From NCBI GenBank assembly GCA_017466625.1, contig JAFTTT010000064.1:1-54623 (forward strand): 54,623 nucleotides of DNA, given 5' to 3'. Below, piece by piece: positions 20,902 through 30,396 of this stretch. This DNA is from Clostridia bacterium (lineage in GTDB: Bacteria; Bacillota; Clostridia; Oscillospirales; CAG-272). The stretch's first letter is position 1, and each line of letters opens with the position of its first letter. Below the pieces are notes generated by a model. That model saw nothing but the letters and a program-made list of their open reading frames with translations. It made no database searches and was not told the DNA's origin. The position numbers and the translations under genes are program-made.

Positions 20902-21981
20902 TTAATCAACTACGTCGTAAGGACAGCTTTCCTTATCGTACGCATAATAGTTCGGTTTGTCGGGACGCGTTGCGGAATACGCATCGACCTCGGAATCAGT
21001 GCGCAAAAAGCATCTGAACTGATTAGTCTTAAGCGTCGGACAGGCGTCAAAATGATACCAATTACCGTCAATGAAAACGATCTGCCAGAAGTGATCGGGG
21101 CCGCCAAGGCGCTCGATGTCATAGCTTGGAATACCCGCCATAGTGAGCAGTGCCTTTGACGCTGCCCAATAGTTTACGCAGTCACCCTTGTTCGTCGTAA
21201 GTCCCGTGTAAGCACGGCCGATCCAGTTGCGATCCTCGGTACTGTTAACGTACTTGATCTTTGCAACTCTTACGTAGATTGCTTCCGCCTTCTGTCTGTC
21301 GGTCATTCCGTCTTCGAGTATGTCTTCGAGAATGCTTTGGCACAGAGCGTCAAGCTCTTCCTTTGTGCAAACGCTTGAACCCGGATCTTCTCCGTCAAGA
21401 ACCTCAAGCACCGAAACCTTCGCCGTTACCGTCGCGGTGTTACCTCTCTTGTCTGTCGCGGTATAGGTAACGTCGTAAGCACCGAGACGTGTAAGGTCGA
21501 CCTTGGTCGCGTCGACCGAGAAGGTCACGTTTTCATCGTCGTTATCGGTAACTGTAACGCCGTCGCGGTAAGAAACGGTTCCGCCGAGATAAACTACAAG
21601 ATCCTTGATTCCCGAAAACTCGGGCGCGGTCGTGTCCGCGGGCTTGATCGTAAGAGACGATTTTACGACCTCGATGGCCGGATCGTCACAGTAGTAGCGG
21701 AGGTCGTACCGACCCTCGGTAAGCTCGGTCACCTCGCTTCCGTCTTCCCTTGATAGTATCTTGACCTTCACCTCAAACGGCTTTCCGCCCTCGGTAAAGA
21801 CACCCTCCGAAAGTGCATTCGCGATGAACTCGGGAGAGTCGTCCGCGTATACCGTTATATTGCTTCTCACTCCCGAAATAACGGGAAGCTCGGTCGTTAC
21901 GGCTTCACCGCCGCCACTCGCGCAGGCGGAGAGAACAAGGACCGCCGCGATGACCGATATCAACAAAATTAACTTCTTCAT
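20902..21981 (-). CDS. Lipoprotein with Ig-like domain(s) and a C-terminal transglutaminase-like cysteine-protease core
   Basis: 359-aa ORF. Lipobox LVLSAC. Ig-like segment DTTAPEFSG...VTYTATDKRGNTATV. C-terminal GDCVNYWAASKALLT...HFWQIVFIDGNWYHFDA (Cys/His/Asp arrangement of Transglut_core). Confidence 0.7.
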   Translation of the reverse strand: MKKLILLISVIAAVLVLSACASGGGEAVTTELPVISGVRSNITVYADDSPEFIANALSEGVFTEGGKPFEVKVKILSREDGSEVTELTEGRYDLRYYCDDPAIEVVKSSLTIKPADTTAPEFSGIKDLVVYLGGTVSYRDGVTVTDNDDENVTFSVDATKVDLTRLGAYDVTYTATDKRGNTATVTAKVSVLEVLDGEDPGSSVCTKEELDALCQSILEDILEDGMTDRQKAEAIYVRVAKIKYVNSTEDRNWIGRAYTGLTTNKGDCVNYWAASKALLTMAGIPSYDIERLGGPDHFWQIVFIDGNWYHFDACPTLKTNQFRCFLRTDSEVDAYSATRPDKPNYYAYDKESCPYDVVD

Positions 21982-21990
21982 TTTTACCCC

Positions 21991-23835
21991 TTACGCCTTG
22001 AGTCCGTAACGCTCGCAAAGCATCGTAACAGTCATAACGATGAGCAGATAGTCTATCTCGTAAGCTCCCATGAGACGGAAGTCGTCGGCAAGATAGACCT
22101 TCTTCATCTCGTTTACCTTGTTAAGATCGAATATATCGTACTTCTTTATAAGCGAGTCGGAAAGGAACTCGATCTCGCCGTTCGCCTTTTTCACCATCGA
22201 CGACATGCCGGGCGCCTGGAACGGGAACTTTCTTCTCTTAAGTATCTCGTCGGGAACTATTCCCTCTCCCGCTTTTTTAAGAATGTACTTTTCCTTTGCG
22301 CCGTTCATCTTGTACTTATCGGGAATGGTCTTGACAAACTCGAGCAGATCGCGGTCAAGGAAGGGATGACGTCCCTCTACCGAATGAGAGAAGAACATTC
22401 TGTCGCCGTGCTCTGTGAGCAGATGATCGGAAAGGCGGAGCTTGTAGTCGATATACGATCGGCGCTTCTGCGAGGAAAGCCCCTTGACGCGGTCGACGTT
22501 TATCGGACTCGTCTTAAATGCCGAGAAGCTGTCGATCTCGCCTCTTACGCGGTCACTGTATACCGTTTCGTGTATCTTTCTTATTTCGGGATGATTTCTT
22601 TCGTAACGGAAATAAGGATCGCCCCAGAGACGCTCGTTTATTTCGCATTCTTCCTTGGTCATCTTACCCTTCTGCATTTCGCGGAAAAGGTCCACCATAT
22701 ATCCGACGTATCCGCAGAAGAACTCGTCGGAGCCCTGACCGGTAAGAACCGCCTTTGCGGGCGACTGCTGGACGAGCGACGAAAGCATAAACGCCGCTAC
22801 GTCGTAGCTTTCCTTGAGTCCCGACTCCGCATGATAAACGACGTCGTAAAGGTTCTTCCAGATCTCCTCCTCACCGACCTTCGTCTTATAGTGAGTGGAA
22901 TTAACGCACTCCTTGACGATCTTCTGGAATCGGCTTTCGTCGAGATCGGCTTCGCCGATCTCTGCGGAAAAGGAATAATAGCTGTCGAGCAGGAATTTTC
23001 CGATATAGCAAGCGACGACCGAGCTGTCAAGACCGCCCGAAACGTAGAAACCGACAGGAACGTCGGCAACAAGACGGCGCTTGATCGACTCCTTCATCAT
23101 CTCGCGGAGCTTTTCAACGTAATACGCCTCTCCCTTGTCGTCCTCTTCCTCGGCGTTATATATGAGATCCCAATATTCGATATCCTTGATCTCCTGATGA
23201 CGCTTAATGACGAGCAGATGTCCTGCACGAAGCGAACGGATGCCGTCAAAGAATGTCTCGGGGGAAACGACACCGGGATAATTCATAAGCTGATCGACTG
23301 CCTTAAGGTTAAGCTTTCTTTCTACCCAAGGACATTCGAGAATACCCTTGATCTCCGAGCAGAATATGACCTGACCGTCGGCAACGGTATAAAACAGCGG
23401 ACAGATTCCTATCTGGTCGCGCACGAGAATAAGCTGATCTTCCTTCTTGTCGTAAAGCGCGATAGCGAACTGACCGTTGAGCTTGTTCGGGAAATCGAGA
23501 CCGTGCTCCTCGTAAAGATGGAGAATTACCTCAACGTCGGTCTGCGTCTTAAAGACGTGACCGAGAGCGATAAGCTCGCTTCTCAGCTCACGGTAATTGA
23601 ATATCTCACCGTTACAGATGAGAGTCAGAGTATCGTCCTCATTCGTTATCGGCTGCATACCGCCGTTAAGGTCGATAAAGCTGAGACGGTTGAAGCCAAA
23701 GCCGACGCCGGGCATAATTTTTGTCTGCGAGCCGTCGGGACCGCGGTGGCGGATCGCCGTCAGCATCTTGTTTATCATTTCACTCGTGATAAGGCGGCTT
23801 CCCGTATTATCGAATATTCCGCAAATTCCACACAT
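21991..23835 (-). CDS. asnB: Glutamine-hydrolysing asparagine synthetase-family amidotransferase (AsnB-type)
   Basis: 614-aa ORF. Ntn nucleophile N-terminus MCGICGIF and PP-loop SGGLDSS. The start is 1 nt after the preceding stop. Confidence 0.8.
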   Translation of the reverse strand: MCGICGIFDNTGSRLITSEMINKMLTAIRHRGPDGSQTKIMPGVGFGFNRLSFIDLNGGMQPITNEDDTLTLICNGEIFNYRELRSELIALGHVFKTQTDVEVILHLYEEHGLDFPNKLNGQFAIALYDKKEDQLILVRDQIGICPLFYTVADGQVIFCSEIKGILECPWVERKLNLKAVDQLMNYPGVVSPETFFDGIRSLRAGHLLVIKRHQEIKDIEYWDLIYNAEEEDDKGEAYYVEKLREMMKESIKRRLVADVPVGFYVSGGLDSSVVACYIGKFLLDSYYSFSAEIGEADLDESRFQKIVKECVNSTHYKTKVGEEEIWKNLYDVVYHAESGLKESYDVAAFMLSSLVQQSPAKAVLTGQGSDEFFCGYVGYMVDLFREMQKGKMTKEECEINERLWGDPYFRYERNHPEIRKIHETVYSDRVRGEIDSFSAFKTSPINVDRVKGLSSQKRRSYIDYKLRLSDHLLTEHGDRMFFSHSVEGRHPFLDRDLLEFVKTIPDKYKMNGAKEKYILKKAGEGIVPDEILKRRKFPFQAPGMSSMVKKANGEIEFLSDSLIKKYDIFDLNKVNEMKKVYLADDFRLMGAYEIDYLLIVMTVTMLCERYGLKA

Positions 23836-23836
23836 T

Positions 23837-24916
23837 TTAATTTGCCTCTGTATTTTCTTTCTCTTTTTCGTATTTTTCGTACTTTTCTGTTTTGTCTTTC
23901 TCGTATAGCTCGATCTTGTCTAACCAACGAGCTGCAAGCTCGCTCTCACCGCGTCTGTCAGTCAGACCCATATTTTCGGTCAGATACTTGCCGAGCCAGG
24001 ACGCGAGCTTTTCTGCGCCCTCAACGTTCATGTGAAGGCCCATATCGTAGGTGTCTTTCGTATAATCAACGCCCGTTTCCGCTTGAATCGTTTCATCAAG
24101 GAAGTTTATATAGGTAAGCTCATGCTTTTCGGCATATTCCACGACCTGCTCATCGTATTCGGGATACCAATAAGGATACAAGCTCGGTGCCTTTATGAGA
24201 AGAAGCTTGATTCCCTTTTTCTCACAAAGCTCGACCATCATATCAAGATGCTTCCATGCCTTCTCGGTAAACTCATAATTCGGAAGCGGTCTGCCCTCCG
24301 GCACGTTTTCTGCGGGCTTGACGCCGACCTTCATAAGGTAGCCGTTATGCGATACCTTTTCCAATTTGAACATATAGGCAAGATCGTCCTTATCAAGCTT
24401 GCTCCAGCGGCTGTGATAGCGGAGGATCGGGAAAACGTAGTCGAGGAACTGCTCATCCTCAAGCATTGAGGAATTGATCGCACCTATCTTTGAGGGCGAC
24501 CACTTCATTCCATCGATCGACATTCGGTTATACGCCTCTTTTGCCTCGGCTTCTCTTTTCGGGTCAAGCGCCTGAACGTTGAAAACGACGACCTTGGGAG
24601 TTTCGTAGCGAAGCGTATCCTCAAGCAGATAGTACGACTGATAAATGTACTGATCGGCGCTACCTCTTATGTAGCTGTTTATACCGTAATCGCGCCAGAG
24701 GACGATGGGAGAGAAGTTCTCGTAGACCTCGCAGTCTCCGACGAATATAACGTCGTGATCCTTAGTTTCACCGTAATATTCGGCAACGAACGCTCCCTCA
24801 AAAGGTCCGTCCACCGAATACTTCGGCATAAGGATCGCCTGCAGAAGTGAGAGCGTCACGACAACGATAACGGCAGAAACTATAAATTTTATCCACTTTT
24901 TAGCGGCAGCTTTCAT
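23837..24916 (-). CDS. Membrane-anchored SGNH/DltD-like protein (fourth component of the Dlt-like module)
   Basis: 359-aa ORF. N-terminal TM helix. Block I-like VIFVGDCEV (Cys where GDS has Ser) and block V-like DMGLHMNVEG. Positioned after the MBOAT gene as dltD is. Confidence 0.55.
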   Translation of the reverse strand: MKAAAKKWIKFIVSAVIVVVTLSLLQAILMPKYSVDGPFEGAFVAEYYGETKDHDVIFVGDCEVYENFSPIVLWRDYGINSYIRGSADQYIYQSYYLLEDTLRYETPKVVVFNVQALDPKREAEAKEAYNRMSIDGMKWSPSKIGAINSSMLEDEQFLDYVFPILRYHSRWSKLDKDDLAYMFKLEKVSHNGYLMKVGVKPAENVPEGRPLPNYEFTEKAWKHLDMMVELCEKKGIKLLLIKAPSLYPYWYPEYDEQVVEYAEKHELTYINFLDETIQAETGVDYTKDTYDMGLHMNVEGAEKLASWLGKYLTENMGLTDRRGESELAARWLDKIELYEKDKTEKYEKYEKEKENTEAN

Positions 24917-24931
24917 AGTTAAAAATCTTTC

Positions 24932-26524
24932 TTAGAATTGGTTGTATATAAATTGGCTTGCGTCGTAGCCGATTCCGTACGCGCCCATAAGGATAATGAT
25001 AAGGAACAGTCCGTAGTAGATCATAAATCTCACAGGATACGGTAAACGGAATATCTGCTCGCGCACGCTTCCCTTTTCCTGAAGCAAGCTTACCGTAAGC
25101 ATCAGAAGCACACCGCCGAGAAGAATTATATAATCGAGCGAGGTGAGTCCGAGCTTAAGAAGCGAGCCGTCGAAGAGAACGTGATAGTTGCTCGCGCCGA
25201 ACGCCGAGAAGAATACCTTACCCGTCGTTGCTATCGAAACGTAGCAATCGAAAAGGTTGAGCGCGCAGACAAGCGCAAAGGTACGAAGGATCCTGAAAAG
25301 CGTATACGGGAAGCTCTTCGTAAACTTGAATTTATCGTTGAATTTCTTATAAAGCGGCTCAAGCTCCTCGGAGATCATAAGAACGGCAAAGTTTGCCATT
25401 CCCCAGACGATGAAGTTCCAGCTTGCGCCGTGCCAGATACCCGTCGAGAACCATACTATCGCGCTCGAAAGGTAGAGAGGAATGCGCTTGCCGACCTTAT
25501 CGCCGAAGACCTTTTTACTAAATTTCGTAATCCCCTGCATCGGCTTGCTTACCGATACGGGATAGAAAAGGTAATCACGGAACCACGAGCACATAGATAT
25601 ATGCCAGCGTCTCCAGTATTCCTTAAGCGACTTTGAGAAATACGGACGGTCGAAGTTTTCGGAGAGGCGAATGCCCATCGCTTCGGCAAGTCCGATCGTA
25701 ATGTCGATTCCGCCCGTGAAGTCGGCGTAAAGCTGTACCGTATAGAACAGCATAATGACGATAGCGTACGCTCCGTTATAGGTCGACGGATCGCCTATCA
25801 TCGTGCTGACTGCAACGAAGAGGCGGTCTGCGATGACGACCTTCTTGAAATAACCCCAAAGGACTCTCTCAAGACCGAAGCCGACCTGCTTGCTGTCGAA
25901 GTTATGCGGTATGTAAAGAGTTTCGCTCATATCTCCGTATCTTCCGATAGGTCCCTGAACGAGCTGTGGGAAGAAGGAGACGAAGAGCGCGTATTTGAAA
26001 ACGTTCTTCTCCGCCTTTACCGTTCCGCGGTAAACGTCAATAAGATAACCTATCGACTGGAAGGTGTAGAAGGAAATTCCGAGCGGAACTATCATATTGA
26101 CGAACGACAGTACGTTCTTCGAGCCGAACGACGTCAGAGCCGAATTTATATTGGAGATAAAGAAATTCGCATACTTGACGGTCGCAAGAATGCCGAGATT
26201 AAGAAGCAGACAAAGGACAAACCAAAAGAGCTTTTTTCTCTTCTGCTTGTCCTTAAATATCTTCTTTTCTTCCTTTGACAGCTCTTCCTTATGCGCTTTA
26301 AGATAGGCGCTCTGCTTATCCGCGATGCTCTGCATTAAGCGGGCAGTCAGATAGACCGTCAAGGTCGTCGCCGCGATAAAGGGAAGGAACTGCGGCCCTG
26401 CTATAAAGTAGAACGCATAGCTTGCGATCAAAAGCAGGGGCCACTGTGCTTTTTTCGGGATTATGTAGTAAAGCAGTAAAAGAACTGCGCAAAATCCCAA
26501 AAATTCATACAAAGTAAAAAGCAT
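24932..26524 (-). CDS. MBOAT-family membrane O-acyltransferase (DltB/AlgI-like)
   Basis: 530-aa polytopic ORF. Signature region EYWRRWHISMCSWFRDYLFYP with the conserved His. Confidence 0.85.
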   Translation of the reverse strand: MLFTLYEFLGFCAVLLLLYYIIPKKAQWPLLLIASYAFYFIAGPQFLPFIAATTLTVYLTARLMQSIADKQSAYLKAHKEELSKEEKKIFKDKQKRKKLFWFVLCLLLNLGILATVKYANFFISNINSALTSFGSKNVLSFVNMIVPLGISFYTFQSIGYLIDVYRGTVKAEKNVFKYALFVSFFPQLVQGPIGRYGDMSETLYIPHNFDSKQVGFGLERVLWGYFKKVVIADRLFVAVSTMIGDPSTYNGAYAIVIMLFYTVQLYADFTGGIDITIGLAEAMGIRLSENFDRPYFSKSLKEYWRRWHISMCSWFRDYLFYPVSVSKPMQGITKFSKKVFGDKVGKRIPLYLSSAIVWFSTGIWHGASWNFIVWGMANFAVLMISEELEPLYKKFNDKFKFTKSFPYTLFRILRTFALVCALNLFDCYVSIATTGKVFFSAFGASNYHVLFDGSLLKLGLTSLDYIILLGGVLLMLTVSLLQEKGSVREQIFRLPYPVRFMIYYGLFLIIILMGAYGIGYDASQFIYNQF

Positions 26525-26532
26525 TAGTTAAA

Positions 26533-26763
26533 TCAGTCCTCGTCGGAAAGTCTTTCGATAAGTGCGTAAAGTGCCTTTGCGGAGTTGAAGTTTGCGGGAA
26601 TGATGTCCTTTGCGGTGATGGTAACGTCGTACTCCTCGCTGATCTCGGTGATGAGCGAGATGATGTCCATCGAATCGAGAATGCCGTCGTCGATAAGGTT
26701 TTCCTCGGTCTCGAAGTCAACGTCGGAGTGAAGATCGGTAAGAATTTCAAGAAGCTTTTCCAT
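26533..26763 (-). CDS. Acyl/D-alanyl carrier protein (DltC-like)
   Basis: 76-aa acidic ORF with the phosphopantetheine attachment motif GILDSMDIISL. Confidence 0.8.
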   Translation of the reverse strand: MEKLLEILTDLHSDVDFETEENLIDDGILDSMDIISLITEISEEYDVTITAKDIIPANFNSAKALYALIERLSDED

Positions 26764-26777
26764 GATTTTTATCCTTT

Positions 26778-28310
26778 TCAGTAAATATTATTTTCGAAGT
26801 TATTTTTCAGCTCAACGCGGTTGAGCTTTCCGTTGGCAGTCAACGGCATCGTTTCAAGACGAATGAGCTTGTTCGGTATCATATAACGCGGCAGGCGCTC
26901 CTTAAGCGCGACCGTAAGCTCCTTTTCGGTACAGGTGCCGACGTAGAAGAGAACGATCTTGCCCTTTGTCTTATCGTAGATGCAAGCTGCCATCTGTACC
27001 GCCTCTATCATATTCGCGCTGACCTCGATCTCGCCGAGCTCGATGCGGTGTCCCATGTGCTTTATCTGATAGTCGCGGCGCGAAACGAAAACAAGCTCGC
27101 CACGCTCGTTCAGCTTACCCATATCACCCGTCTTGTAGATGATCTCTTGATAGGCACTGTTGAGCGGATTCTGAACGAACGCCTTTGAGGTGCGCTCGGG
27201 ATCGTTATAATAACCGAGAGTGACGGCGGTACCGCGGATGCAAATTTCACCCTCTTGACCCTGCTCGGCAAGCTTGCCGTCGTCGGTCAGAAGCAGGATC
27301 TCTCTGTTACGGAAGGGCTTTCCGATCGGGATCGCCTCGCCGTCCTCGAAGTCTCTGTCTGCGTGGAAGTAGCAGCACATTCCCGTTCCCTCAGTCGGAC
27401 CGTAGAGATTCGTAAACGACGCGTTCGGAAGCGCGTTTTTCCAGAGTCGGAACTGCTTTATCGGGAACACCTCCGAGCCGAATGCAACGGTGTGCAGATA
27501 TTCCGGCTTGATAATATCAAACGTACCGAACGCACTTACCATAGTAAGCGCCGAACCGACCCCTCAGACCGTGTTTATCTTATGCTTGTTAAGATACTCA
27601 AGAAGCGCTACGGGCTGTGAGAATAGCGTTTTCGGGATAAGGTAGGTAGTCGCGCCGAATTTGAGCGTCGGGTAAAGCTCCTTCAGACACGCGTCGAAAT
27701 ACAGCGGCGTCTGATTTCCGAAAACTGTGTTTTCGTTAAAGGAGAGCACCTCGGAAAGCTGCTCGATATAGTCGATGACCGAGCGGTGGCAAGCGGCAAC
27801 TCCCTTCGGGATTCCCGTCGAGCCCGACGTGAAAACTATGTATATCGGATCAATGTCAAGCGAACGCGCATAGATACCGTCGATCGCCTCATGATCCGGC
27901 TCTGTCTTTAATATTTCGTCATAAAGGACGACTTTCCCGTCCGGAATATCAAAATTCGACGCAACGGGAAGCGTGTCCTCGTCGCAGATAACGAGAGGCG
28001 AACGCACGTTATTCAGTATAAGCTGGATACGGTCGCGCGGCATTTCCTCGTCTATCGGAACGTAGAAGCAGCCGCCGCTGATAACCCCGAAAAAGGCAGT
28101 TACCTCGCGCGGCGATTTTCTCATAAAGACAACGACGGGGCGCTTATATATTTCGTTTTCGTTCAGATACGAGCCGATGCGACAGGCGCGGTCGTAAACG
28201 TCAGAAAAGGTGAGCGAAAGCTCGCCGTCCGAAAAAGCGATCTTGTTAGGTTTTTTCGGTACTATATTGCGTAGATACGCTAAAACGTTATGTATTCTCT
28301 CCGAAGACAC
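26778..28310 (-). pseudogene. DltA-like carrier-protein ligase (AMP-forming adenylation enzyme) interrupted by one in-frame TGA at 27564-27566
   Basis: Track ORFs 27564..28310 and 26778..27542 are in the same frame, 8 codons apart. Joined they give about 510 aa with FTSGSTGIPKG (A3), YGPTEGT (A5) and a GTFDIIKPEYL... continuation. The stop falls where DltA has a conserved Trp (I.VW.STPS). GTG start preceded by GGAGG. Confidence 0.75.
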
Positions 28311-28384
28311 TTGTCATCCTCCATCGGTTCGCAGTATAAGTATTTTTGGGCGCACAAACAAACGGGTGCATGGACACCCACTGT

Positions 28385-28413
28385 ATAATATCATATATTG
28401 TAGAAAAAGTCAA
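28385..28413 (-). promoter_or_regulatory. Putative sigma-A promoter of the Dlt-like operon
   Basis: Minus strand TTGACT (28408-28413), 17 nt, TATTAT (28385-28390), just after the dxs terminator and about 75 nt upstream of GTG 28310. Confidence 0.5.
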
Positions 28414-28424
28414 GCAAAGAGCTG

Positions 28425-28454
28425 CAAAAAAGGACGGCTTTTACCGTCCTTTTT
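28425..28454 (-). terminator. Intrinsic terminator after dxs
   Basis: Minus strand AGGACGG-TAAAAG-CCGTCCTTTTTT directly after the dxs TAA (28455-28457). Confidence 0.75.
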
Positions 28455-30284
28455 TTATTGGTCCTTCACTATCTTGACAATATCGCTTCCCCCGATGCCG
28501 AAGTCGGAATAAACATCTCCCGTGGCAAGCGGCGTATCAAACACGTCGTCGATTCCGAGGTGAACGTATGAGCATCCCTTAGGCAGCGACATTTCCTTTG
28601 AAAATACCATTCCGGCGCCGCCGTTTTTAATTCCCTCTTCAAGGAAAACGACCTTCCTTACGCCCTTCGGCAGTATGCCGTTCAAAACGTCGCAGATCGG
28701 CTTTACCGGCTTGAGCTGTTCAATGAGTATAACTCCGCAGGACGGAAGCTCGGACGCCGCTATAAGCGCTTCCGAAACGATCCTTCCGTAGGTGATTATT
28801 ATGTTTTCACGTTCGCCGTCGAAATTTCTGTAAACGTGATCCGAAACGCGGTCGAAGCCCGAAAACTCCTTAATATCTCCGCAGTTTGCGTATCTTACCG
28901 CGACGGGGGAATTTATATCCGCCGTCTCTTTCATTATTCGCTCAAGAGACACAAACGACGCGGGAGCAAAGACCGACATATTCGGTATCTGCATAAGGAA
29001 CGAAACGTCGAAAATTCCGTGATGGGTCGCACCGTCGCCCTCGCTTATTCCCGCGCGGTCAACGAGCACGGTCACGGGGAGATTTTGGAGCGCGATATCG
29101 TGAATGAGGTTGTCGTAACCTCTCTGCAAAAACGACGAATACACCGCAAAATACGGCTTATAGCCGTTCGCGGCAAGTCCTGCGCAGAAGGTAAGCGCGT
29201 GCTCTTCGGCAATACCGACGTCAAAAAATCTGTTCGGGTGCGCCTTTTCAAAGCCGACAAGACCCGTTCCCGCCGCCATTGCGGCAGTTACGGCGCAAAC
29301 CTTTTCGTCTTCAGAGGCAAGCTCGGTCAGCACCTCGCCCATTTTTGCCGAGAAATTCTTTTCCTTGACCGTTCCCTTCGGCGAAACGCTGTGGAATGAG
29401 CCGGGGTCTTTTTCTGCAGGCATATATCCTCTGCCCTTGACTGTACGCAGATGAATTACCGTGCTTTGCGAAGCGTTCTTCGCCTCGTGAAGAAGCCGCT
29501 CGACCTTGGCTCCGTCGTTTCCGTCGGCGGGGCCGAGGTAGTAAAGCCCGAGATCCTCGAAATAATTACTTCTGTAAAGCTTGTTCTTTATTCCCTGCTT
29601 TATCTTTTTGATGAGCGCGAAAAGCCATCTGCCGATAAGAGGTATCTTCTTGATGACCTTAACGGTACGTCTTTTATTCTTGTAGTAGTTTTTCGATGCG
29701 CGGATCTTCGCTATAAGCGAAGCAAAGGCGCCCGTATTTTTCGAGATCGACATCTCGTTTTCGTTCAGGATTATAATAAGCTTCAGGTCGCGTCGGCAGT
29801 TGTTGAGCGCCTCGTGTACCATTCCGCCCGTAAACGCGCCGTCTCCGAGAACGGCAACGGTATACTTGTCGCTTCCGTTCATTCTTTCCGCCTCGGCAAA
29901 TCCGATGGCGGCAGAGACCGACGTACTGCTGTGTCCTGCACCGAAGCAGTCGTACTCACTCTCCTCGCGCTTCGTGAAGCCCGACATTCCGCCGCGGCGG
30001 CGGAGCTTGTCAAAGCCGCTTCGTCTGCCTGTCAGTATCTTATGCGTGTAGCACTGATGGCCGACGTCGAATATCAGATGGTCGTTCGGGAAATCAAATA
30101 CTCTGTGGAGCGCAACGGTAAGCTCAACGACACCCAGGTTCGATCCGAGGTGACCGCCGTTTTCCGTCACCTTTTCGATAAGAAATTCCCTTATCTCGGA
30201 GCAGAGCTCGGGAAGCTCGTCCTTGCCCATTTTTTTGAGCTCATCGTTATTCTCGGCTCTGGTTATAAGCGGATATTTATCCAT
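28455..30284 (-). CDS. dxs: 1-deoxy-D-xylulose-5-phosphate synthase
   Basis: Start moved to ATG 30284 (MDKYPLITR), 7 nt after AGGAGG. Motifs GGHLGSNLGVVELT, DVGHQCY.HKILTGR and the ThDP motif GDGAFTGGM. Confidence 0.9.
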   Translation of the reverse strand: MDKYPLITRAENNDELKKMGKDELPELCSEIREFLIEKVTENGGHLGSNLGVVELTVALHRVFDFPNDHLIFDVGHQCYTHKILTGRRSGFDKLRRRGGMSGFTKREESEYDCFGAGHSSTSVSAAIGFAEAERMNGSDKYTVAVLGDGAFTGGMVHEALNNCRRDLKLIIILNENEMSISKNTGAFASLIAKIRASKNYYKNKRRTVKVIKKIPLIGRWLFALIKKIKQGIKNKLYRSNYFEDLGLYYLGPADGNDGAKVERLLHEAKNASQSTVIHLRTVKGRGYMPAEKDPGSFHSVSPKGTVKEKNFSAKMGEVLTELASEDEKVCAVTAAMAAGTGLVGFEKAHPNRFFDVGIAEEHALTFCAGLAANGYKPYFAVYSSFLQRGYDNLIHDIALQNLPVTVLVDRAGISEGDGATHHGIFDVSFLMQIPNMSVFAPASFVSLERIMKETADINSPVAVRYANCGDIKEFSGFDRVSDHVYRNFDGERENIIITYGRIVSEALIAASELPSCGVILIEQLKPVKPICDVLNGILPKGVRKVVFLEEGIKNGGAGMVFSKEMSLPKGCSYVHLGIDDVFDTPLATGDVYSDFGIGGSDIVKIVKDQ

Positions 30285-30358
30285 ACCGTTACCTCCTTTC
30301 GACACATTTCTCCATCAATTATACCCTCATTCGGTAAAAAAGTCAAGGAGTTCGGCCG

Positions 30359-30387
30359 TTGACACGGCAAATGGAGCGTGGTATAAT
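30359..30387 (+). promoter_or_regulatory. Consensus sigma-A promoter, probably giving a leaderless GNAT mRNA
   Basis: TTGACA (30359-30364), 17 nt, TATAAT (30382-30387) with TG at -15/-14. The ATG at 30397 is only 10 nt downstream and has no Shine-Dalgarno. Confidence 0.55.
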
Positions 30388-30396
30388 AAAGCTACC

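Noticed and set aside
22366-24117. 583-aa plus-strand ORF
   Set aside because: Antisense shadow of asnB and the SGNH-like gene. No recognisable domain.
27564-27566. Alternative genetic code (UGA = Trp) as the explanation for the in-frame TGA
   Set aside because: TGA clearly terminates other well-defined genes in the window (348-350, tspO at 19110-19112, rpmA at 47588-47590), so the organism uses the standard code 11.
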